Of a DNA stretch of 14,259 nucleotides, positions 6,569-13,296 are shown one piece after another. This DNA comes from Verrucomicrobiota bacterium (GTDB lineage Bacteria > Verrucomicrobiota > Verrucomicrobiia > Limisphaerales > CANJSG01). The DNA lies in the NCBI GenBank assembly GCA_038209745.1, contig JBBQXJ010000103.1:1-14259 (forward strand), given 5' to 3'. A program made the position numbers and the translations under genes. Each line of letters begins with the position of its first letter. The first letter of the stretch is position 1. A model generated the notes under the pieces. The model was not told the DNA's origin, searched no databases, and saw nothing but the letters and a program-made list of their open reading frames with translations.

Positions 6569-7543
6569 TCAACCGGCCTCCAATACGAGCGGGACGGAGC
6601 CGTTCCCCGAAAGGCCCCGGATCCTGGCCGCCAATCCCGAACGGTCCAAGGCCGGCCCGATCAGCACCATGGCGGTCGGCGGCGCAGCCGTGTCCCCCGG
6701 CAGCGCCTCGATGAAATGCCGCCCCATCACGTAGTGGAAGACGTGGACGACATCGGGCGATTCGGCCAAGCGCACGAATCCCTTCCCCCGGATCACCTGC
6801 CGGCGGTCCAGCGACCCGAGGAACGCCTCCAGGCTCGCCCGCGGAACGCCTCGTGGCAGGGCGAAGGTCAGCGACAAGTAACGCTCGTGCAGATGGACAG
6901 AAACCGCTGCGGCAGGATCGACATCCCGGGAGCAGGCGGGTTGCCGCAGCAGATCCGGCAATTCTGGCAGTGCGAACGGCAAACGGACGATCCGGGCCGC
7001 AGGATTCACGAGGGCCACCTCCGCCTTGACCCGTGTGACGGTCGGCTCGTCGGCCAAGTCGCAGCGGGACAGGAAGACCACGCCGGCAAACTGGATCTGG
7101 CGTTCGGCCAGCCGCCATTCCGCGATCTCGCTCCGCAACGCGTCGAACCCCAGCACATCCACCACCGTGAAGACCCCGTGCAACCGGGCAACCTCCGCCA
7201 CGTCCGGATCGGTCAACTGGTCCACGACCGCGTCCGGCTCGGCCAGACCGGAGGTTTCCACGAGGATGACCGAGCGCTCGCCATCGGCCGCCAGCCGCCG
7301 GACGGCGTGCCCCAACTGGGCGTCGTCGGCACAACAGACGCAGCCCCCGGACACCGTCTCCAGCGGCACATCGGACCGGCCGAGCAGCAGGCTGTCCACG
7401 CTCATCTCGCCGAAGTCGTTGATCACGACGGCAGGCCTCAGCCCGCTGACGGGCGCTTCGTGCAGCCATTTCCAGAGGAGGGTGGTCTTGCCGGATCCGA
7501 GGAATCCGGTGACGAGAAAGACGGGGATGCGCATGCGGGCCAC
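6569..7543 (-). CDS. COG0523/CobW-family P-loop GTPase (putative metallochaperone)
   Basis: IPVFLVTGFLGSGKTT (G1), INDFGE, GGCVCC (CxCC metal motif), VETSGLAEP (G3), RQIQFA and CobW_C-like VIRGKGFV. Start is GTG 7543 or ATG 7534. Confidence 0.93.
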   Translation of the reverse strand: MARMRIPVFLVTGFLGSGKTTLLWKWLHEAPVSGLRPAVVINDFGEMSVDSLLLGRSDVPLETVSGGCVCCADDAQLGHAVRRLAADGERSVILVETSGLAEPDAVVDQLTDPDVAEVARLHGVFTVVDVLGFDALRSEIAEWRLAERQIQFAGVVFLSRCDLADEPTVTRVKAEVALVNPAARIVRLPFALPELPDLLRQPACSRDVDPAAAVSVHLHERYLSLTFALPRGVPRASLEAFLGSLDRRQVIRGKGFVRLAESPDVVHVFHYVMGRHFIEALPGDTAAPPTAMVLIGPALDRSGLAARIRGLSGNGSVPLVLEAG

Positions 7544-7549
7544 GCCGGG

Positions 7550-7578
7550 TTCTTATGCGGGGGAATCGGCGACCGCAA
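7550..7578 (-). promoter_or_regulatory. Putative promoter for a possibly leaderless COG0523 transcript
   Basis: Minus strand TTGCGG (7578-7573), 17-nt spacer, TAAGAA (7555-7550), 6 nt, then GTG 7543. The -10 box lacks the final T. Confidence 0.35.
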
Positions 7579-7602
7579 TGGGCGAACCTCAAAATCCTTT
7601 TC

Positions 7603-7647
7603 GACGCAAGGCCGGTCGAGGGGATCACCCGGCCTACCCGCTGCGTC
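7603..7647 (-). repeat. GTAG-type REP-like / terminator hairpin after the prepilin-like gene
   Basis: AGGCCGG (7609-7615) pairs with CCGGCCT (7629-7635), with an outer stem GACGCA (7603-7608)/TGCGTC (7642-7647). The minus strand reads GTAGGCCGG...CCGGCCT. Confidence 0.55.
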
Positions 7648-7655
7648 TCGCGAGC

Positions 7656-8486
7656 CTATTTGGGAACCGTCCCAACGGACTGGAGGTATTGCATGTCCCT
7701 CTGGACACTGCCGATTCCGCCGGGTTTCAAAGTTCCCGCATCCTGCCAACGGTGGATTTCAGAGTGGCCGTCGGCAAAGGCCAGACCGGCCGAACCACCA
7801 TGATAGGAAGCAGGAAAGTCGGCCATCTGGGCACCGGTCGTGGTCTGGGTCGAATTGTTCCAGCCCTTCATGTCGATGACGAAGAAGGCGTCGTTGATGC
7901 TCTTTTCGTTTTCATCCAGCAGCACCAGCGTCCGGGAGGGTCCGTGACCGTTCATGTCGGACATTTTGCGATACACCAGCCAGTTGCCGCCGCTGTTTCC
8001 CCAATAGCCGCCAGGATTGCCCGGGATGCTGCTGCCGTCGCCGCCCACCCAGTTCACCATCGAAACGCTCCGGATGCGCGGCACCATCTGGCCTTGGCTG
8101 TTCCTGGCGGTGGAAAAATCGGCAGGGCACTTGAAAATCGCGATGTTCTTGCCCACGTATGGGCCGATGAGGCTGTTCCTAAGGACGTTCGGATCCGTGT
8201 TGCCGGGAGCGGTCGTCATGTCTCCGGTGACCCAGACGTAATTGACGTTCACTCCGCTCAAGGCATAGGCGTAGGGCAGCACATCCCGGTTGTCGTCCAC
8301 ATACATCCGCCAGGCGAGCGTGATCTGCTTGGTGTTGTTCATGCACTGGATCCCCTGGGCGCGGGCCTTTGATTTGGCCAGCGCCGGAAGGAGCATCCCC
8401 GCAAGGATGGCGATGATGGCGATGACGACGAGGAGCTCGATCAGCGTGAACCCACGTGACCGGGAGTGAAATTGGCTACGACGCAT
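7656..8486 (-). CDS. Prepilin-type N-terminal cleavage/methylation domain protein with C-terminal H-X9-DG motif (DUF1559-like, PVC type)
   Basis: [36 protein letters not shown] (class III signal, G-1/F+1/E+5), [14 protein letters not shown] and C-terminal [14 protein letters not shown]. Confidence 0.95.
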   Translation of the reverse strand: MRRSQFHSRSRGFTLIELLVVIAIIAILAGMLLPALAKSKARAQGIQCMNNTKQITLAWRMYVDDNRDVLPYAYALSGVNVNYVWVTGDMTTAPGNTDPNVLRNSLIGPYVGKNIAIFKCPADFSTARNSQGQMVPRIRSVSMVNWVGGDGSSIPGNPGGYWGNSGGNWLVYRKMSDMNGHGPSRTLVLLDENEKSINDAFFVIDMKGWNNSTQTTTGAQMADFPASYHGGSAGLAFADGHSEIHRWQDAGTLKPGGIGSVQRDMQYLQSVGTVPK

Positions 8487-8628
8487 AAAATGGGTTCCGA
8501 TGGTTTTCGCGACCGAGACGACAGACGGCAAATGGCGGAGCGACTTGATCCCCGGACTCTTTGACTCACGGCCCCCGCTGACTTGGCCAACGTCATTCAG
8601 CCTAACCCCCGCGCAAGCCAACAGCCCC

Positions 8629-9405
8629 TCAATCCGGGGAGCCTGTTTTAGGGGTGGGCAGCGTGGCACACAGGGCCAGTCGCAACCCTTCGAGGGTGAT
8701 GTTCGGCTGGACCGCCGTGATCTCCGGGAGTTTCGAGGCGATCAGCTTGGCATATCCGCCGGTCGCCACCACCGGCAACCGCCGCACCTTCAGCTCGGCT
8801 TTCAGCTCCCCGATCAGCTCCCGGACCAATCCCCGATAGCCATGGACCGCTCCGACCAGCATCGCCTGCTCCGTGCTTTTCCCAATCACACCCCTCGGTT
8901 CCCGAATGGTGATCCGCGGCAGCAGCGCCGTCTTTTCGTGCAGGTAGTCCGTCATGGCGGAAAGACCGGGAGCGATGATGCCGCCCACGTAGAATCCGCG
9001 CCGGTCCACCACGTCGAAGGCGACCGCCGTGCCGAATCCCACCACCACCGCCGGCGCGCCAAAATGTTTCCGCACCGCGATCGCGTTGGCCAACCGGTCC
9101 GCGCCGATGCTCCCCGGCTGCGGATAGTCGATGCCGATCCCGTGTGCCGTGTCCGCGGTCAGCTCGAAACACCCCAGATCGAAGCGCCGGAGCAACATGT
9201 GGGCGATCAACGGCCTCACCGCCGGAACGACCGTCGCCAGCGCCGCGTGTTTCGGCCGGCGGTTCCCGAGCTTCGCCATGAGGAGCGTCTCCGTGCTTCC
9301 GTCCGACCAACCCGCCGTCGGCAGGTCGAAGGCGCGCACCACCCGCAGCCCGTTGGCCAGACCGACGTGGGTATGGGTGTTGCCGACATCGAACAGCAGC
9401 GTCAT
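8629..9405 (-). CDS. coaX: Type III pantothenate kinase
   Basis: [55 protein letters not shown] and TLEGL. Confidence 0.95.
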   Translation of the reverse strand: MTLLFDVGNTHTHVGLANGLRVVRAFDLPTAGWSDGSTETLLMAKLGNRRPKHAALATVVPAVRPLIAHMLLRRFDLGCFELTADTAHGIGIDYPQPGSIGADRLANAIAVRKHFGAPAVVVGFGTAVAFDVVDRRGFYVGGIIAPGLSAMTDYLHEKTALLPRITIREPRGVIGKSTEQAMLVGAVHGYRGLVRELIGELKAELKVRRLPVVATGGYAKLIASKLPEITAVQPNITLEGLRLALCATLPTPKTGSPD

Positions 9406-9440
9406 CGGCGGAAGCGTTGGCGGAACGGGCCGCGCTTGAG

Positions 9441-9512
9441 AATGACGAAATCCGGAGGTCGACCCGCTACCGATCGCGACGGCTCCGGACCACGGCTTCG
9501 GATTTCGTCATT
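9441..9512. repeat. 72-bp element with perfect 14-bp terminal inverted repeats in the coaX/argH divergent region
   Basis: AATGACGAAATCCG (9441-9454) and CGGATTTCGTCATT (9499-9512) are exact reverse complements. The stem extends 3 more pairs inward (G.U, A-U, G-C). Confidence 0.85.
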
Positions 9513-9555
9513 GTCCCCCATGGTCGCCGTTCGCACAGTCGATCCCACGTTGCCC

Positions 9556-10968
9556 ATGAAAAACAGCTCTCCCGTCTCCCGTTCCGGCCGTTTCGCCAGC
9601 GGTCCGTCCGAAGAAGTCGCCAAGTTCACCGAGTCCGTCTCCTTCGACTGGCGCCTCTGGCAGCACGACATCATGGGTTCCATCGCCCACGCCGCCATGC
9701 TCCACAAGATCGGCATCCTGACGAAGGCCGAGCTGAAGGCCATCAGCGACGGGCTCGAACAGATCGGCCAGGAGATCACCGACGGCCGTTTCGAATGGAA
9801 GCAGGAGCTGGAAGACGTCCACATGAACATCGAGGCCGAGCTCACCAAACGCGTCCCCGCCGGCGCCAAGCTCCACACCGCCCGCTCCCGCAACGACCAG
9901 GTCGCCCTCGACATGCGCATGTGGGTCCGGGACGAGATCGTCGCCCTGATCGACGAACTCCGCGATCTCCAGCGCTCCCTCGTCGAGCTCGGCGCCGCCC
10001 ACGCTTCCATCATCATCCCCGGCTACACCCACCTCCAGCGCGCCCAGCCCGTCTATTTCGCGCACCACCTGCTCGCCTACGTGGAGATGTTCGACCGCGA
10101 CTGCGACCGTTTCGCGGACAGCTTCGCCCGCACCAACGTCTGCCCGTTGGGCAACGGCGCGCTCGCCGGCAGCACCCTCCCGCTGGACCGCGAATTCGTC
10201 GCCCAGCGGCTCGGCTTCGTCGACGGCAAGGGCCGCGCCCTCCTCACGCAGAACTCGATGGACGGCATCTGCGACCGCGACTTCATGGTCGAGTTCGCTT
10301 CCGCCTCCGCGTTGGTCGCGGTGCATCTCTCCCGCCTGGCCGAGGACGTGATCCTGTGGTTCAGCAGCGAGTTCAACTTCATCAAGATCGCCGACGCCTA
10401 CACCACCGGCTCGTCGCTCATGCCGCAGAAGAAGAACCCGGACATCGCCGAACTGACCCGGGGCAAGACCGGCCGCATCTTCGGCAATCTCATGGCGCTG
10501 CTGACCCTCCTGAAGGGCCTGCCGATGACCTACAACCGCGATCTCCAGGAGGACAAGGAACGGCTCTTCGACACCGCCGACACTATCCGCGCCACCGTCC
10601 GCGTCGTCGCCGCCATGCTGCGGAACACCACCGTCAATCCAGGGCCCTGCGCCGCCGCCGCCGCCGATCCCCTGCTCCTCGCCACCGATCTCGCCGACTA
10701 CCTCGTGCGAAAAGGCATGCCCTTTCGGCAGGCCCACCATGTCGTCGGCACCGTCGTGGCCCTGTCGGAATCGTCCGGCAAACCCTTGGACCGTCTCAGC
10801 CTCGAAGACTTCCAGGGCGTGGACAAAACCTTCGCCAAGGACGTCACCGAAACCTTCGACCTCAAGAAGGCGATGGCCCGCCGCGCCCTGACGGGTGCTC
10901 CCGGAACCAAGGAAGTCGCCAAGCAGCTCGCCCGCTGGAAGAAAGCGCTCGCGACCGCGAACCCATAG
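9556..10968 (+). CDS. argH: Argininosuccinate lyase
   Basis: SGRF, EDVHMNIE, LHTARSRNDQVA, PGYTHLQRAQP, signature GSSLMPQKKNPD, YNRDLQEDKE and GMPFRQAHHVVG. Start ATG 9556. Confidence 0.98.
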   Translation: MKNSSPVSRSGRFASGPSEEVAKFTESVSFDWRLWQHDIMGSIAHAAMLHKIGILTKAELKAISDGLEQIGQEITDGRFEWKQELEDVHMNIEAELTKRVPAGAKLHTARSRNDQVALDMRMWVRDEIVALIDELRDLQRSLVELGAAHASIIIPGYTHLQRAQPVYFAHHLLAYVEMFDRDCDRFADSFARTNVCPLGNGALAGSTLPLDREFVAQRLGFVDGKGRALLTQNSMDGICDRDFMVEFASASALVAVHLSRLAEDVILWFSSEFNFIKIADAYTTGSSLMPQKKNPDIAELTRGKTGRIFGNLMALLTLLKGLPMTYNRDLQEDKERLFDTADTIRATVRVVAAMLRNTTVNPGPCAAAAADPLLLATDLADYLVRKGMPFRQAHHVVGTVVALSESSGKPLDRLSLEDFQGVDKTFAKDVTETFDLKKAMARRALTGAPGTKEVAKQLARWKKALATANP

Positions 10969-10996
10969 CGTGGATCCAAGCACGCAGGCGAACTCC

Positions 10997-11629
10997 ATGG
11001 GCATCCCAGGAATCGAGCTCTCGCCTTCGGGCCGGCTCACCGTGCTGCTCAAAGCCCCGCGCCTCGGCACCGTCAAGACCCGCCTCGCCGCCCATCTCGG
11101 CCCCGAGTCCGCCTTGGCTGCCTATCGCCGTTTGGTCGACGCGCTGCTCGCGAAACTGTCGCCCCTGCCCCATGTCGAGCTTCGGTTCGCCCCCGACGCC
11201 GCCGGCTCCAAAATCGCTCACTGGCTGCAATCCGGATGGACTTCGTCGCCCCAAGGCGCCGGCGATCTCGGAGCCCGCTTGGAACAAACCTTCACGAACC
11301 ATTTTTCCCGCTCACCCGAGCGCCTCGTCGTGATCGGTGCCGACTGCCCCGAGGTCACTCCCACCGACATCCAGACAGCTTGGAGCGCACTGGAAGCAGC
11401 CGACGTGGTGCTGGGACCGGCCACGGACGGCGGCTATTGGCTGATCGGCTTGAAGGCGCCCCGGCCCGCGCTCTTCCAGAACATGCCCTGGAGCACCGAC
11501 ACGCTGCTCAAGGAAACACTGGGCCGCGCGGCTGGACTGGGGTTGACCGTCGCCACCCTGAGAACGCTGTCCGATGTGGACACGCTGGAGGACTGGCTTC
11601 GGGTGGAACCCACGCTCCCGCTCAAATAG
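10997..11629 (+). CDS. DUF2064 / TIGR04282-like GT-A-fold (CofC-like) transferase
   Basis: KAPRLGTVKTRL, QGAGDLGARL, VVIGADCP, VVLGPATDGGYWLIG, MPWST and DVDTLEDW. Confidence 0.9.
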   Translation: MGIPGIELSPSGRLTVLLKAPRLGTVKTRLAAHLGPESALAAYRRLVDALLAKLSPLPHVELRFAPDAAGSKIAHWLQSGWTSSPQGAGDLGARLEQTFTNHFSRSPERLVVIGADCPEVTPTDIQTAWSALEAADVVLGPATDGGYWLIGLKAPRPALFQNMPWSTDTLLKETLGRAAGLGLTVATLRTLSDVDTLEDWLRVEPTLPLK

Positions 11630-11693
11630 CGCGGCGGTCCGCCGGTTTCCGCGTGAATTCCTCCCCCGCCCTGTCGCACCCTCCGCGCCGCCG

Positions 11694-13259
11694 ATGTCGA
11701 ACATGTTGAAATCTTCCGGAGCGATGGCCGCCGCCACGCTCCTCAGCCGCGTCCTCGGCATGGTGCGGACCATGGTCTACACCAGCTTCATGGGCACGTC
11801 GGCCGTCGCGGACGCGTTCACCCTGGCCTTCAAGATCCCGAATCTCTTCCGCCGTCTCCTCGGAGAAGGCGCCCTGACCGCCGCCTTCATCCCGATCTTC
11901 AAGAAGAAGCAGATGGAGGGAAATCCGGCCGAGATGTGGCGCGCGGCCAACGCCGTCCTCTCCGGCCTGATCGTCGCCGGCACCGCGCTTTCGGTGATCG
12001 TCATCCTCGGGATCACGGTCGCCCTTCCGTTCGTCGTGGACGAGGTGGACAAGCCGTCGAAGATCCTGATGCTGCAGCTGCTGCGGATCATGTTTCCCTA
12101 CGTCCTCCTCGTCTGCGTCGCGGCCGTCTTCATCGGAATCCTCAACGCCAAGGGCCATTTCTTCATCCCGGCGCTCGGATCGGTCGCGTTGAACGTGGTC
12201 CTGATCGGCGTGGTCTGGGTGGTGGTCCCGATGTTCGGCAAGGAGCTGCCGCGACAGATCTTCGGCCTCGCCTGGGGCGTCCTCATCGCCGGGTTGGTCC
12301 AGATGTTGTTCCAATATCCCACCCTGATGCAGGAAGGGTTCCGTCCCGCGTGGGTCGCGCCCTGGACCGATCCGACGGTCCGCGAGGTGCTGGTCAAGAT
12401 GATCCCGGGAACGCTCGGAGTCGCGTCGTTCCAGATCAACGTCGTGGTCAACGACCTGCTCGCCATGTGGCGCGGGGACGGTCTCGTCTCCTCCTTCGAC
12501 TGCGCCGTCCGCCTGATGGAACTTCCGCAGGGACTGTTCGGCATCTCCCTCGCGACCTACCTTCTCCCAACTCTCTCCGGCTTGGCGGCGGAGAAGAAAT
12601 TCCCCGAGTTCCGCAAGACGCTCGCCGAAGGCATGGGACATCTCGTCTTCGTGAACCTTCTGGCGTCGGTCTTCCTCGTGGTGCTGGCCGAGCCGATGAT
12701 CCGCCTGCTCTTCGAGCGCGGCCAGTTCGACGCCTATTCCACCTCGCTCGCCTCCACCGCCCTCGCCTTCCTCGGACCCGGCCTGATCGCCTTTTCCCTC
12801 GTCAACATCCTCGCCCGCGCCTTCTACGCCGTGGGCGACGTGTCCACGCCGATGCGGATCAGCGTCTTCTGTCTCCTCGCCAATCTCATCCTGACCGCGA
12901 TCCTCATTTGGCCGATGAAACAGGCCGGCATGGGCCTGGCCAACACGATGTCGGCGCTGATGAACGTGGGCCTTCTCGCCTTCGCGCTGCGCAAGAAGCT
13001 CAAGACCCTCGCCTGGACCGAGCTGAGGGCTTCTGTCCAGCCTCTGGTCGGCGCCGCGCTGGCGGCCGGCCTGGTCTGTTGGGGCAGTCTCAAGCTGTGG
13101 ACCGCTCAGATTGGCCACGCCGCGCTCTGGTCGAAAGCCGGCGAAGTCTTCGTGCCGATGCTGCTCTCCGGCGCGCTCTACCTGGGAGTCTCCTGGTGGC
13201 TGAAGGTCCGGCCCGCCCGCGAAATGCTCGGGATGGTCTTGGACCGTATCCGGCGGTAG
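11694..13259 (+). CDS. murJ: Lipid II flippase MurJ (MviN)
   Basis: ATLLSRVLGMVR, ADAFTLAFKIPNLFRRLLGEGALTAAFIP, RLMELPQGLFG, LFERGQF and RAFYAVGDVSTP, with many hydrophobic helices. Confidence 0.97.
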   Translation: MSNMLKSSGAMAAATLLSRVLGMVRTMVYTSFMGTSAVADAFTLAFKIPNLFRRLLGEGALTAAFIPIFKKKQMEGNPAEMWRAANAVLSGLIVAGTALSVIVILGITVALPFVVDEVDKPSKILMLQLLRIMFPYVLLVCVAAVFIGILNAKGHFFIPALGSVALNVVLIGVVWVVVPMFGKELPRQIFGLAWGVLIAGLVQMLFQYPTLMQEGFRPAWVAPWTDPTVREVLVKMIPGTLGVASFQINVVVNDLLAMWRGDGLVSSFDCAVRLMELPQGLFGISLATYLLPTLSGLAAEKKFPEFRKTLAEGMGHLVFVNLLASVFLVVLAEPMIRLLFERGQFDAYSTSLASTALAFLGPGLIAFSLVNILARAFYAVGDVSTPMRISVFCLLANLILTAILIWPMKQAGMGLANTMSALMNVGLLAFALRKKLKTLAWTELRASVQPLVGAALAAGLVCWGSLKLWTAQIGHAALWSKAGEVFVPMLLSGALYLGVSWWLKVRPAREMLGMVLDRIRR

Positions 13260-13296
13260 CGCGGAGCGCGAACGGTTCGCACGTTCCCCAGGCTAC
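13256..13296. repeat. Palindromic intergenic element bounded by GTAGC...GCTAC (REP-like / bidirectional terminator)
   Basis: GTAGC (13256-13260)/GCTAC (13292-13296), with inner stems GGAGC/GTTCC and GCGAAC (13268-13273)/GTTCGC (13275-13280). Both convergent TAG stops lie inside the GTAG ends. Confidence 0.55.

Noticed and set aside
7544..7655. Cobalamin riboswitch or Zur box upstream of the CobW-like gene
   Set aside because: The spacer is only 112 nt, with no B12-box-like sequence and no AT-rich Fur/Zur-type palindrome.
9441..9512. ArgR (ARG box) or BirA operator reading of the inverted repeat
   Set aside because: It does not match the tandem 18-bp TGAAT..ATTCA ARG boxes or TGTAAAC-type BirA sites, and the 44-nt spacer is too long.
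8500..9555. 822-aa ORF suggesting an N-terminally extended ArgH
   Set aside because: The extension is the antisense shadow of coaX plus the intergenic repeat; ArgH similarity starts at 9556.
10649..10666. (GCC)n run inside argH as a possible slippage tract
   Set aside because: In-frame Ala codons (CAAAAAD) in a GC-rich gene; no frameshift potential.
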